51,648 nt of DNA from the NCBI GenBank assembly GCA_049999805.1, contig JBNGIO010006279.1, forward strand, positions 436,167 to 487,814. Reading direction: 5' to 3'. Positions 10,038 to 22,760 of this stretch are shown here, piece by piece. Under the pieces are notes generated by a model. The model did not search any database, was not told the DNA's origin, and worked only from the letters and a program-made list of their open reading frames with translations. Both the position numbers and the translations under genes were made by a program. Every line of letters begins with the position of its first letter. The stretch's first letter is position 1. Source of the DNA: Folioceros fuciformis. Taxonomy: Eukaryota.

Positions 10038-12023
10038 ATGTCGTGCCACGCCCTGGCACTGCAGCCGGTGAACGGGAATGACATCCTGCTGCAATCGAGG
10101 GAATGGTTCCCCCCAGCGAGAGCTTCCAACGCCAGCACCACCTTCAGACGTGCTCGGGCAGTATACTCCGGCAGGGGCCAGTCCCTGGAGTCCTTGGAGG
10201 CGTTCGGGGTTGGGATGGGAGATGATGCAATCACGGCCTCCACAGGACAGGTGGTCTTAGGCAAGGAGGACAAGTACCGGGTGGTGTACCGGCTGGTGAG
10301 CGCCGTGTATGTGCTCGGGATCACCAGCGCAGATGACGAGAACAACAACGTGTTCGAGTGTGCTGCCACTGTCAACCAGGCCGTCAGTGTTCTGGTGGCT
10401 GCTTGCAAGGGGATCGATGTCACTGCGGACAAGCTCATGCGGAAGTATACGGAAGTGTACATGGCTCTGGATATGGTGTTGCACGGGGTCAGCACGGCCC
10501 GGCTTGGCACGATCTTGGCAACAATGCATGGGGAAGGTCTGCAGTCTGTTGTCACGGGTACTGATTTGGAGAACCGGGCTCGCGGTGCCAGCCAGTGGAG
10601 CCAGTTCAAGGGGCAGTCGGTTGCGCGGATCGCTAACATCGATGTGTTTGCTGCTGCTATGTTTGAGCTGCCGGAGGAAACCTTAGCTGCGGGAGACGAG
10701 GTGGCTGCGGCGCTAGGGCCTCCGTTGCACAGCGCTGGGGATGCGGCAGTTGTGCAGAAGCCTCCGGAGCCGAAGAAGCCAGTCTCGGAGGATCCGTTTG
10801 AGGCAAGCACAGCTCTGATTGATCCGCAGAACATTGCCGGGGATTTCCAGAAGAGCAAGGAAGCTCCTTCCGATCCGACGTTGGCTCTTGCTGGCCTTGA
10901 AGTGACGGCTACTATAGCTCCTGAGACTGCGGCTGAGTCTACGTATGTCGGATTGGAAGGTTTCGAAGGTGATTACGGGGGTGTTGATTTTGAGGCAGAG
11001 GACGATGGTTTCAGTGGACTGGGAGCTGCTTTCGAAGGATTGGATGGCGCATTTGGTGGAGGCTTGGACGTTTCGGAATACGACGGGGCTTTGAAGACTC
11101 CTTTAGATAAGGGACTGGCCGGTTTAGAGGAGTTGCAAGGTGGAGGTGGCAAGAAGGCTGACAGTGCGGTTGCTGAAAATGCCAAGTCAACTGCTGCACT
11201 AGGATTTCTTGCTGCTTCTGATGCCGCTGGTGGTGTGGAGCCTGTCGCGGCGGCTGGCCCTCCCCAGAAGGAGTCCTTAGTCGTCTCCCTTGCTGAAGAG
11301 TTTTTCGCAGTATTTGATGGCCTACAACTCGCCCGTGTTGGACTTCAGGGCACCTTGAAGGTCAAGACTCCATCTAGTGGGCAAGAAAGTGTGGAATTTT
11401 CTTTCAACCTCGAGGGTGCAGCGGGCATAAAGAAGGCCGTTTTAAAACATGAGTTTGCCAGCAACGTGGGGGAGGGGCTATACCATGTTCGGGTGCCTCC
11501 AGTGGACGGGCCAGTGACTGTCTTGAGGTATCGGCTAGAACCTCGGTTTACTCCAATTCCTCTGCGGGTTAGACTGGTCACCTCCAAGAGTAATACATCT
11601 ATTACCTTTCTCGTTCAGTACGTTGCCAACCCCTATTTGCCAGGAGTTCTGAAGGATGTAGCTTTTATCGCGTCTTTACCTTCCAGTCCAACGTTCGTCA
11701 AGATGTCGCCGCATGGTTATCTTGATCGGAAGGGGAAACAGGTGAAATGGATCATCCCTGAAATAAGCGCAGCTTCTCAAGGTCGGCTGCGGGCGCAGCT
11801 ACCAAGGGAGCTGGTAGGGGATCCTTATGACTTGGACTTTTCAGATGAGAAGGCTGAGAGGGAGAAAAATGAGGAAGCAGAAGCACCTAAGATAACAGTG
11901 AGGGTGGAGTTCAGTTATGGTGGACAAACTCTCTCAGGGATCGTCGTCAATCCTGTCGGGCACGCACCTGAGCTGGAATTGGAACACAGTTACAAAGTGG
12001 CCAAACTTCAAGTCCTTGAGTAG
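10038..12023 (+). CDS. TML: TPLATE complex muniscin-like subunit (longin + mu-homology domain), intronless
   Basis: N-terminus MSCHALALQPVNGNDILLQSREWFPPARA, KYRVVYRLV, NVFEC..VNQAVSVLVAACKG and KYTEVYMALD match plant TML as I recall it. An acidic/Gly linker precedes a C-terminal MHD (PIPLRVRLV, VQYVANP). Confidence 0.88.
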   Translation: MSCHALALQPVNGNDILLQSREWFPPARASNASTTFRRARAVYSGRGQSLESLEAFGVGMGDDAITASTGQVVLGKEDKYRVVYRLVSAVYVLGITSADDENNNVFECAATVNQAVSVLVAACKGIDVTADKLMRKYTEVYMALDMVLHGVSTARLGTILATMHGEGLQSVVTGTDLENRARGASQWSQFKGQSVARIANIDVFAAAMFELPEETLAAGDEVAAALGPPLHSAGDAAVVQKPPEPKKPVSEDPFEASTALIDPQNIAGDFQKSKEAPSDPTLALAGLEVTATIAPETAAESTYVGLEGFEGDYGGVDFEAEDDGFSGLGAAFEGLDGAFGGGLDVSEYDGALKTPLDKGLAGLEELQGGGGKKADSAVAENAKSTAALGFLAASDAAGGVEPVAAAGPPQKESLVVSLAEEFFAVFDGLQLARVGLQGTLKVKTPSSGQESVEFSFNLEGAAGIKKAVLKHEFASNVGEGLYHVRVPPVDGPVTVLRYRLEPRFTPIPLRVRLVTSKSNTSITFLVQYVANPYLPGVLKDVAFIASLPSSPTFVKMSPHGYLDRKGKQVKWIIPEISAASQGRLRAQLPRELVGDPYDLDFSDEKAEREKNEEAEAPKITVRVEFSYGGQTLSGIVVNPVGHAPELELEHSYKVAKLQVLE

Positions 12024-12345
12024 ATCTGGAGGTTTCAAGGTGTCGTGCACGCGTTTGTTTGCACCTTTCCTGGTGCGGCGCCATTGGTGGTGATAGCCAG
12101 CATTCATTCTGGGCGACGTATGGTTCTTGTACATAGCATATCATTCTTCCCTGTGGGTCATATTTGGTTGAGAGGGATACGTATCATCGTATTTTTCTTG
12201 GCACTCACAAGTTCGTCCATGTCATGAGTCATTTTCTCTTATTGAAATGTTTAGGGTACAAGCTTCTCCGCTGGAGACGGAAGGGATGATCATGTATCAT
12301 GATCGATGAAATTCTGCTCAATCCATGGATGGATGGAGTAGAAGC

Positions 12346-15030
12346 TTATGACTCAGGCGGAGTCGAGAAAACCAAAGAGGCATTGGTACCACCAAATCCA
12401 AATGAATTTGTGAGTACTACTTGTATGGACATCTCCTTGGGAGAAGACAGAGGAGAGAATCTTTCCCGGAACAAAGCGTCTGGCTTGTCCAAGTTCAACG
12501 TCGGTGGCGCTACTCCCTGCCAACCATTTTCCCGAGTCAACGGGTCTGCGAAACATTCAAAAACTTTCTGCCATGCGAGAGTCAGGCTATGGCTTACGTG
12601 ATGTAGGGCAAGCACAGAGAAGATTGCCTCCACGGCACCAGCTGCTCCCAGCAGATGACCAGTGGCACCCTGTTGCAAAGATCCAACTCAGGGTATATGA
12701 AACTTGGATGCATGAGGCAAAGGCAAACCTAGAGCGGGATATTCCATTCGTTGTCCTAGAACTGTTGTGGAACCTTTGTCGAGGAAAACGCGAAGTTTTC
12801 GCTGAATACGGTATCTTTGAATACTGTCTCAATCGCTCTTGCTTCCACTGCGTCACCTGGTGCACGGTTGTGACAAGTCAAGCCATGCACGACGTTTAAA
12901 ACCCACGTGGAGTGTGTTCAACGCTACACTATGACCTAGTACCCAGTGGAGTGGAGGTAGCGTGCGCGTTGACGTAGTCCACGTCCTTCGCCTCTACACC
13001 TGACTGGCAAAACATGGAAACCATTAAACTGACATTCACACGCTTTCCAGAGGGGTGGATCTTATGCGCTGCAAACCTGTTTCAAAGCACGCGTCATGGA
13101 CAGTGTGGCTCCTCTCCCTTCGCTAGAAGGTTGCGTAATGTGGTACGCATCCCCTACCACCAGTATAAAAAAAGAGTCGGCCAAATTTGCACTTGCTTTC
13201 CTTTGCCAAGGAGGAGCATAATTCGCTTTGACACCCACCTGACATTCCGTAGCCTCGCACCTCAGCATAAATCTTAGCCCCTCTTTGTCTAGCATGTTCA
13301 AGCTCCTGGTTCATGCGAAACTCTGGAAATCAGTTCAGTAGGTCATCTGACTTACGTCCACGGTATAAGGAGTGCAGATGCTAATTCAGGTTGAGAGCCC
13401 CTGCTTTTCACCTCTAGCACCATGATGCCTGCTCCTTCGCCCATTCTGTACAAAGAAATTGAAGGCTCGCTGAAAATGACGCCATGGATGGGCCCAAGGA
13501 CTGACCAAGAGGCATAGTGGGAGGGGAGAAAGAGTTCTGTTACACGAAACCGTCGCGATCCTGGTCGAATGGCCGAGATGCTCGTTCTGGTTCTCTGTTG
13601 AAGTTTGTACTCAACGCTCGAGCTCTGCGATCCAAACCATGAATCAGCCAAAAGAACGACTGCAGTTGCAGGAACGATGAAGCAGTGTTGCATGCAACAA
13701 CTGACGGACCTGCAAAAACCAGCAATCGAAAGAGCGTCAACGCTTGATTCGGTTCCACCTGCCACCATAACGTCGGCATCCCCAAATCGTATCATACGAG
13801 ATGCGTCCCCTATCGAGTGAGCTCCACTCGCACAAGCTGTGACAGCTGCATGATTGGGACCCTGGCACAGTAAAGCGTCAGTGAGCCAGTCAGTCAGCCG
13901 GTCAATTCAGTCCTAGAAACATGGCTTCTGCCCTGCCATGAAACAACGCTGGCATTTGCTGCTGAATATTGAAATGGCTCGAGACGAAGCGAAGCACCTG
14001 GAACCCATACTTGATGCTGACATGACCTGCTGCCATGTTGATAAGAACACGGGGGATAAAATATGGACTAATTCGGCGAATTTTCTGCACCATCCAAGCA
14101 GATGCGATGCAGATGAGGTCCATGTGACACCATGGATACAACTGCCAACAGCCGCGCATATCATTTCCCGAACCTCCGTTGCAATGAGTCCCGCAGCTTC
14201 GACCATGTCACTGATGCAGCCAATTCCTCCTCCAATAGCAACACCCTGCACCAAAGCGTATGTTGAGCCTCGAGACGAGAGCAGGAACAAACAACAGACG
14301 CCACACCCTCACCGTTGTCTCAGTCCCCTCTGCATCGGGCTGGACCCAATTCGCATCCACCAGCGCTTCCTCGGCGGCACAAAGAGCATAGGCAATGAAG
14401 GGCGCAATTCTCTTGTCCTGCTACACAACGAAAAGTGAGCACTACAGCCGACGTAACCACTCCATTCGCGCCATCCATTCATCCTTGCGGCAAGGCCAAT
14501 CTCCCGTAACCTGAGGCTGAAGCCATCTGGAGCCGTCAAACTCCCCGTAGCCCGACCCATGTGGCACAGCCGCCACGACTTGAGACGGCAGCTGATCCCA
14601 GGTGTGCTGCACAAGGGACGCATTCGCCCCATTCAACTTCAGGTCCTCCATGGTTAGAGCTCGCACTCCACTCCCACCAGCCAGCAGCCGTTTCCATGCC
14701 GCTTCCACCCCAGTTCCCAACGGAGTCACGAGCCCCAACCCTGCCCACAGCCCGTACAAGAACTCGTGCTGTAAAATCCCTCCCTCTCCCACCTGCCACT
14801 CCCCGCACAATTCTTGCAGGCTCGAAAGCTCGTGTCCTTGGCACAGGAAGCGGAATGCGCCATCAACAGACCACCGTCACTTCCTCTGACTGACCTGTGA
14901 CAACCACCCGACGCGGAGGCAGATGAGGCGGGGCCCCAAACCCAACCCCCCTGCCGCTGACGCTGCCGCTGCCGGAAGCCAAGCCCCTCCTCCACCACGC
15001 TCGCAATCCCTTGCTGTGCAGCCTCCCCAT
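12346..15030 (-). CDS. mtKAS: Mitochondrial 3-oxoacyl-ACP synthase (KASII/FabF type), 14 exons
   Basis: Exons approx 15030-14895, 14740-14511, 14417-14313, 14245-14174, 14084-13998, 13861-13710, 13624-13544, 13445-13412, 13305-13239, 13153-13077, 13003-12943, 12856-12774, 12669-12598, 12516-12346, all GT-AG. R-rich presequence, RRVVVTG, catalytic [21 protein letters not shown], and NSFGFGGTN. The ATG sits 2 nt from an assembly gap. Confidence 0.92.
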
Positions 15031-15032
15031 TT

Positions 15033-15132
15033 NNNNNNNNNNNNNNNNNNNNNNNNNNNNNNNNNNNNNNNNNNNNNNNNNNNNNNNNNNNNNNNNNNNN
15101 NNNNNNNNNNNNNNNNNNNNNNNNNNNNNNNN
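15033..15132. other. Assembly gap (100 N); a second 10-N gap lies at 37973..37982
   Basis: Run of N in the sequence. Confidence 1.
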
Positions 15133-15517
15133 CCCCCATTTCCCCCGGTCCCGTCCCGTCCCGGCGTCACGCCCCGATTCCGCCCCAGGGGTGGGTTTAA
15201 GCCACCCAAGCCGAGGCAAGGCAAGCCAGGGTTTAGGGCTCGAAACCCCGAATTCGGACCTGACTCGAGTCATCAGTCTTTCACCGGGTCTGAACCAGTC
15301 GTGAGTCGCAACCCTCGATCCTCCATCTCCCGACCACCTCATGAGCAACAGTCCCCAACCATCCTCTTCCCCGCTACCGGCCCCGCACACCACGTTTTCT
15401 CCAAACTAAACGAGGCCGCGGAACTCTCACCGACTCCGACTTCCTCCGAGCCACACCTCTCCCTGTCCCGCGCCGTCGCACACGTCTCTCGCGCTTCACT
15501 TCACTGACGCCGCATCG

Positions 15518-16938
15518 CATCACATCACATCACATCACATCACATCACCTCCGTTCCGTCCATTCCACCGCACCATCCCACTCACACACCCCGTGGCACA
15601 GCTTCCTGCATGGCCGCCACAAGCCTCCGTAATGCACTCCAACGCTCGCCGTGACAGCATCTCATCATCATCATCAAGCCAGTAATGAGACCCCACTAAC
15701 ACTCACACTCATTCTCGCTGGGATTCGCATCCTGCTGGACTGGCATGCACAAACGCCACGGCCACGGCAACGGCAACACCACCGGGCACACCCGCCGACG
15801 CTGTGTGCCAGACGGAAGTACAGTCCAATGCTGCAGTGCAGCTGGCCAGCAAGCCCCAGCCGCACCAAGAGCGCAGCAATCGGGCAGGGCCCAGAAAGTT
15901 CCACGACGCCACCATCCTAGCCCCAGCTCCCAGCTCCCAGCTCCCAGCTCCCAGCTCCGGTCGTCCTGGCCGAAAGAAAAGCAAGTCATCCAAGGAAGAA
16001 AAGCCTCCAGCTCCCGGCAAAGTCGCGGACCATGCCATGGCCGGCGCATGCCATGGCCGGCGCATGCATCCATCGTCATGGTCCTCCTCCCCGTCCGGTT
16101 TCCTGGCCCGATCTTTCCTTCTCCATCTTTCCGGAGATCCCGTCTTTCCGGCCCTTCCTTCCCGCATCTTTCCCAGCCCTTCCGACACGGGACTGCTCTC
16201 CTCCGCGTGGGGCCTCAATTATTTTCCCGTGAGACCACAGCGGGTGGTGGAGAATAGCACGTGACGGGCGTCGGCCCATTGGCCCAGCCTGCATTATGCG
16301 GGCCTGGCCTGCCGGGGACCATTCGATGGGACATAATACAGACACACACAGACGTCACTGCCCCAAAAACTCCCCTCCTTCCGCTCTCTTTCCACTCACG
16401 TGCACTCCCTTCTTTTCACCCTCCGGACTCTCCATTATTTCTTCACCCTCACATCCTCCACTCCATACCCTATTTCTATATTCCCGCCCCTTTTATCATT
16501 ATCATATAACTCTAACCATTACTCTTCATCCATTACATACCATTTACAAAATTCGTACACCAATACCAATACCAACACCAACACCAACACCAACACCAAC
16601 ACATTAATTAACATAAAATTCTCACCCTACAGGATCCATCTTCCCCTATAGTACACGCAAGAATCTCCATCTCCATACCCAGCTTTTCATCAACAACAAA
16701 CATATAGAATCTCCATCCCAGCTTTTCTAATCTTCCAATGAACAAGAGGAAACCTATTGAATGTGCACATAGCTCAAGCTCAAGCTCAAGCTCAAGCTCA
16801 AGCCGTCCTCTTCTTCCCTTTGTTCTTGCTCAAATTGAAAACAGTTGTGAAGGAAGGAAGGTGGGAAGGCATTCGTCTTCTTCCCTTTGTTCTTGTTCAA
16901 ATTAAAAACTGTTGTAAAGGAAGGAAGGAGGGAAGGCA
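15518..16938. repeat. Cluster of microsatellites and short repeats between divergent mtKAS and TAT
   Basis: (CATCA)n 15518-15547; (CCCAGCT)5 15922-15958; CATGCCATGGCCGGCG x2 ~16031-16069; (CAAYAC)n 16559-16602; (AGCTCA)5 16771-16803; 67-bp-period direct repeat pair at 16809 and 16876. Confidence 0.85.
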
Positions 16939-17563
16939 AGAATGAATGAATGACTGTGCGAAGTTAGTTGTAGTTGGAGACATTTCTTGGGTCTTTGTTA
17001 TGTGCCGGCCTTGGGTCTCGGTAGTTGTGTTTGCAGCCGAGGAGAAGGCTTGAACTGGGATGCATTTATGTATGTATGTATGTATGCGCGGCGTAGTGAA
17101 GGAGGTACGAATGTACGCGGTGTGAATCGAAGTTGCCGGTGTCGATGTTGATAGTCGAGAGAGCACGTGGCCATTTGTATACCAGGCCAGGCGGGGGCGC
17201 GGTTAGAGAGGTTGATTAGAGAGAGAGGCAGCTGTGGTGAGGTTAAAGTTGACTAGGGTCAAGGGGCAGGCTGGCCGCGGCTAATATATCCCGCTCCATA
17301 TGGCCGAGATCGTCAAGCTCTTTTTCTCTCCGGCGCTGGCTGCTCCTGGCCTGGCTGCAGCTTTGTGAGTGAGGGTCGGAAGGGGCTGGTTCTCCTCTGC
17401 CTCACAGCCTCGCCTCGCCTCGGACGGTCGTGCGCCGTGCGGCATTCTCGATTCCCGCCCGGAGCTGCGCATATCTGCCAGCCTTGCGCTTCTCCTCCGG
17501 CGCCTTCTGCGCTCCGAGCCTTTTTGTTCGCAAATTGCTGTGGGTGTGACTGGCCAGGCGGAG

Positions 17564-19719
17564 ATGGCTTCGGTGCTGAACCAGAAGCGGCAGACGGAGA
17601 TCGTGCATGGAAGTGGGGTGGAAGGCGGCGGGGGCGGGATGGCCGTCTCCAAGATGATGATCAAGCCTGTGGTTGAGAAGTTTCCGGTCGGGAGGAAGCC
17701 GGCCGGGAAGACTGTGGACAAGGAGTGGAATGTGCGGCCCCGGATGGCGGCTTTGGAGAGCCGGAACCCGATTCGGGATATTGTGGAATCGAAGCTCAAG
17801 GTTCGGAGCTGGATTGACCTCTGGAAGGTGTTGGGGAGGGGTGTGAGAGTGTGTGGAGGTGTTCTACGGTTTGTGGAGGTGTCTTCGTTCTTGCATGTGT
17901 CGTGATCCTGTGTGTCTTACTTTTCTGTGCTGTCTGCCTGCTTTTGCGCCGTGCAGCCGAACCCGAATTTGGGGAAGAAGCCCATTTCTTTGGCGCAAGG
18001 GGATCCCACGGTGTACGGACACCTCAAGGTGCCGGAATCGGCTTGCGCTGCCCTGGCTGAGGGGGCTATGAGCTACAAGTATAATGGTTACGCTCACTCC
18101 GCTGGGATTTTGGAGTGCCGGAGGTAAGACTTCGGCGTTGCCGACCGACGCTGGTGCTAGTGTTTGTCGTTGGCCGACTGTGGGACGGGTTTGCTCATGG
18201 CGTGTGGTGGTGCTCGTCTTGGTGCTGGTGCAGTGCTGTGGCTGACTTCCACTCGGAGCACCTCCCCTTCGAGCTTACCGCAGAGGACGTCGGCATTGTT
18301 GTGGGATGCTCGCAAGCGATCGAGTTCTCGATCGCCTGCCTCGCGGCGGAAGGGAGCAACATGTTGGTCCCCAGGCCCGGGTTCCCGATTTACGACACCT
18401 TCTGTAGATACTACGGTGTCGAAGTTAGATTTTACGACCTTCTGCCTGAGAGGGGTTGGGAGGTGGACCTCGAGCAGGTTGCGGAGCTGGCGGACGATGA
18501 TACGGCGGCCATGATATTGTGCAACCCGAGCAACCCGTGTGGGACGTCCTTCAGTTATCAGCACCTGGCCGAGGTCTGCTCTCTGTTTCTACGCTTTCCC
18601 AAGATTTCCTCATATTTGTCGTTTTCGACTGCCGCTTCATGCTCCCGCCTCTCATGTGGCTGGCCTGGCACACTGCAGATCGCCGCTGCGTGCGAGAAGT
18701 TGAAACTGCCTATAATATCTGACGAGATTTACGAGCACATGCTGTTTGGGGAAAAAAAATTCACTCCTATGGCCACTTTTTCATTGCAAGTGCCAGTGTT
18801 GACTGTCGGAGGAATTTCCAAAAGGTGGTTGGCCCCAGGGTGGCGGTTGGGATGGGTTCTCATCTGTGACCCATGCAGCATCCTCGAGACGAGTGGGGTA
18901 AGAACCTGCCTCAGCCGCGCCTCTCGTGATTACCTGCTTGTGATTCTCTCGCCACGGAGGATCTCAAATTTCCTCGGTTTTTGCGTTCAGGTTGTGGAGG
19001 CCCTCAAGAGAATCATGCAGATGACTATCGGAACCTCTGTTCTCGTTCAGGTAAATTTCTTTCGTTTGCCTCTCTCGTTCTATCTCTTCTGTTCTTCCGA
19101 TTGAATGCTGAGTTGTTGAACAATGTCCCTGTGCAGGCTGCGGTACCGGCCATGCTGCAAAATACTACTGCCGAATTCTACAAGAAAACTATGAAGACTC
19201 TTGAGGACGGCTGCGACTGCTGCTACAGGCGCATCCAAGGAATTGTAGGATTGGATGTGCCGACAAAGCCCGATGGCGCCATGTACATGATGGTGAGTGC
19301 TTCCTCCCTTGACTAGTTATTATTTGCAATCCTTCGTGGCGTTTCGGTTCGTCAGGGTTGAGAATTTTGTGAAGTCATGATGCATATCGAGCCCGTGAAC
19401 TCTTGCCAGGCCAAGGTGGACCCTAGTGCTTTTAAAGATATTTCGGATGATACCGTGTTCGCCGAGAAACTCGTGAAGGAGGAGAATATCGTTGTGCTGC
19501 CAGGTAGGTTGCGCTGCCTACCTAGTGAAATCAGTGTTTGAACGATATGTAGGCACGAGTTTCTTCACTCAGCGAATGACTTGAATGCTTTGTGCAGGCT
19601 CTGCTTTCGGTATTCACAACTGGGTACGTCTGGTTTTTGCGATACCTGTATATATGCTTGAGGAGGCGTTTGACAGGATAGAGGCGTTTTGTCTTCGACA
19701 CGCAGCCGTCCCAAATTAG
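17564..19719 (+). CDS. TAT: Tyrosine aminotransferase (TAT/NAAT/SUR1 family, PLP-dependent), 8 exons
   Basis: Exons 17564-17800, 17957-18123, 18234-18573, 18679-18897, 18991-19050, 19137-19292, 19410-19503, 19598-19719 (GT-AG, in frame). Motifs ISLAQGDPT, YNGYAHSAG, GCSQAI, PRPGFPIY, NPSNPCG, SDEIY and PLP-lysine GGISKRWLAPGWRLGW. Confidence 0.93.
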
Positions 19720-20589
19720 CGGACTGCAATTGAGATCTTACATGCTCATAAATTTGCAGCCATGTGAGGCTATATTTTTTGTGCTAGTTCTGAGTTCTCC
19801 CAAGGCTTGGCTCCTTCCTGGACGAGGAGTCTTTTTCCTCATTTCCCTCCCATTGGATCAGACAACCATCTCTGTAGTGAGTTCGTTAGAAGCAGCCCAA
19901 GCGGACAATGCGACGAGACTGTCGCTGACAAGAGTTTTTTTGGCATATACTCGACAACGCGCGAAGTTGTCAAGGTTGAAGTGTCCTTGGGAAATTTACC
20001 ACAGATCATAACAAGGAGGAGCAACACAGTTGATAGTCATGGTGTTGCTAGTCAAATTTGCTCTTTCTTTCGTTGTACAAAAATATTTTTCCGTTGTAAA
20101 CGGCTCTGAATGGAGAAGCAAACCAAATGAAAGTTTTCGCTAATGTAACTTAGCTCGGCTTTTGCAAAGCAGCACAATACATGTCTACAGCCAACTGTAG
20201 TACCCATTTCGACCTTACTTCCTTAGCACCCATATCAGTAGCACCGAAGTTTTACCCAACGATCTTCACCTCGTACGTCCCTTTGACCACCTTCATAGAT
20301 CAGTTGCTATCCGAATGCTACACCGTCGATCATTCAGTGCAGGACCGAGAACGTAGAAACGATATCTCATAAATCTCGCCTTGGGATAAGGAACCGAAGC
20401 AGAGCTTCCTACCATTCTGCTTTGCAAGGCGTTTCACAATGCACCGAAGAGATCAACGGTCATTGTTAACCTCACGCTTGAAGAAGGAGACAGAACACAA
20501 GCCTAGAGCAACTCAGAGGAAAGCATTGGTACAGAAATGGATCAAAGCACTTGGATTTCAGAGCTCATCCAAAGGAGACGATGTAGGCT

Positions 20590-21580
20590 CTATTTCACCT
20601 TTTTCAGACTTAAAGCTGGGATCCGCAAATTCATGGCAATATCCTCAGGTGAAAGTACGTGGGAACAGACAAAACCAACCAGAAATGCAAGACTAGGGTC
20701 GGACCCGCTTTTGCTGGTCAGCACAACCTTCTTTTCACCCAGCCAGCCAAATGCGGGTGTTACTAGGCAGTTGAACATAGGGCAGTCGTAGGACAGGAGT
20801 TCTGGGGATCCACCCAGGATTGCATCCAGACATATGGGGTACCGCAGGCCGTGTTTGTCTCTGAACACATATCGAACCTCCTGAATCTCTTTTCTTGGCT
20901 GGACAAAGTTCTTACCCGGCCCTCCAACCTTCTGTACCACCCACCCTTTGCTCCACACATCCAACACCCCCAAAGGTTCTTCCATGTAACGGTCTCTGTA
21001 AAACCCAATCCGAATAGAGAATTCCCACTCCCTCCGTTTCCAATACAGCATGGGTATAGAGTAGCTGTCACCCGATATGGGTGAGTCGGACCAGTATATT
21101 TCTGACTTCACATCAGGGGAGATGCCGTACTCCTCGTGTCCTGAGCTCTGATAGGACTGGTTCTTCTGATAAGCTGGAAGGTGACACCAGCAGATCACAT
21201 CACCTTCTTCGGAAAAGGGTGGTCGCCTGGAATCCAAAGATTTTTTTTTTTTTGAAAACGGAGTTAGCACCCCTCAGAGCCAGTACAGTAATGCAGCCTT
21301 GAGAAACAGCAGTGCTCAGTTTTGAAAGCTACACGACCGAGGGAAGAAGTTACCAGAAATTCTCAAGGACAAAATAGGACTCGTTCTCTCCTGAAGGTGT
21401 GCCTCTGACGTGCAGAAACAGCCAGAGAGGTGCATTCTCGTCAGCACCTTGGAAAACGTTATAGTTGTTCGACATCACAGAATTTTTCGTGCAAGTGAAC
21501 GTCGATGGACCAGACGGATCCGGCAGCAGAGTGGTCGGCCTTGGGGTGATGTAGTCACTGGAAGACCAGCAATTTCCCAT
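20590..21580 (-). CDS. Uncharacterised 287-aa protein with MGNC N-acylation motif; possibly Tubby-C/LURP-one/scramblase-like fold; 2 exons (21580-21354, 21226-20590)
   Basis: ORFs 21350..21673 and 20590..21270 join in frame across a GT-AG intron (TG|gtaact...ttccag|G). It starts MGNCWSSS and ends with a DPSLAFLVGFVCSH helix like Tubby/LURP C-termini. The fold call is weak. Confidence 0.65.
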
Positions 21581-22684
21581 CTGCACGACCTGCTCTAAAA
21601 ATGCCAAACTCACAGCCAGACAAAAGTTCCACTCAACGATCTCAGAGCTTGAAGTCCTAAGATTCTGCTGCAAATAACGAAGTTCACGGCCGGGCAGTAC
21701 GTCCTAACACCAACTCTTGCCTCACAGTGGGAACGCATAGTCACGAAGCCCGCACCCATGTGAAGGACAGTCCCTCTCTCCGTTCCTGACTGCCGAACCA
21801 GACATTTCCCCACCTCCTTCCATCGACTGCACACCTTCCATTCATACATCCGGTCACATCAAGAACAACAGCCGCTTGCCCTTGCACTGTGAAATCTCCC
21901 GGAACATCTCTCAAATTCAACAAAGACCTAGACGACCACTGCCACCCAGGAAATCGAGGTCGAACAAGATACAAGAATCGACGTCGTGGGGATCTGCTCC
22001 CAATTCCGAGCAGCAGATCAACAAAAGCTCTCTTCTTCTCGTCCACACGGTGACGTGGTTACACGAGCAATTCAAACTACCCACAAACACTGCCGGCATT
22101 CACCACGCACAAACAGCGGGCAACATTACACAAGCTCCAAATCCCATCAAGCGGTCCGCATTATTTGCTCAGTCCCCACCACATCCCACCACCCTCTGAG
22201 AAGCTTCCAACGCAAGAGCCGAGGAGTCACAGCACCGGTGTCCACTACCGATCATACCCAGCACCCAGGAGATTCATCAACATCCTGCTCGCCACAACCA
22301 GAGTGAGCCTCAGGTGCACCATGCAATCTTTCCCCGCCTCCGAACAAGGATGTGGAGGAAGGAGGGCAGACAGGACCAGAATTGGCCAGTAAACAGCACA
22401 GAGCTCGACCTTGCACTCTTTGTAGGGGCAGCTCCACACTCGTACTGTCGTGGAGCCAATTGACGTCCAGAAGACACGATTGACCCTCAAAGCAGCCGCC
22501 GAGCGCGATGGGGAGGCTGGCGCTTTATCCCAACGGTCTTCTTCTCTGCTCTACGGCTCCCTTAGAGATGCACTACGCGTTCCAGGAGCTTCGGCGTTAG
22601 TGTCGGACTGGACTTCCTTCTGCTGTTTTATCACACTTGACAAATTCGTTGGGTGGACAGTGTAATAACGCTTATTTTGAATAG

Positions 22685-22760
22685 AAACGACTAGGTCGTC
22701 TTGGTTAAGACCGGATAACTCTAGGGGTTCAAAGATTCCGGTTCGAATCCCGGGAACAGT
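22685..22760 (+). pseudogene. Degenerate tRNA-like / Pol III A-B box element (tRNA pseudogene or SINE head)
   Basis: Perfect D-stem GGTC..GACC with TGGTTAA loop and B box GGTTCGAATCC at tRNA spacing. The acceptor and anticodon stems do not pair. Confidence 0.4.

Noticed and set aside
9941-10858. 305-aa antisense ORF opposite TML; likewise 43868..44752 opposite PPO, 41032..41673 opposite HPPR and 47709..48425 opposite the hydrolase
   Set aside because: Expected from GC-rich codon usage of the sense genes; no recognisable motifs.
12346-15030. mtKAS as a polyketide-type member of the proposed cluster
   Set aside because: It has a mitochondrial presequence and canonical Cys-His-His housekeeping mtFAS features; there is no biochemical link to tyrosine-derived phenolics.
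15651-16345. Many overlapping 100-170 aa ORFs on both strands
   Set aside because: GC-rich low-complexity DNA containing microsatellites; no domain or credible gene structure recognised.
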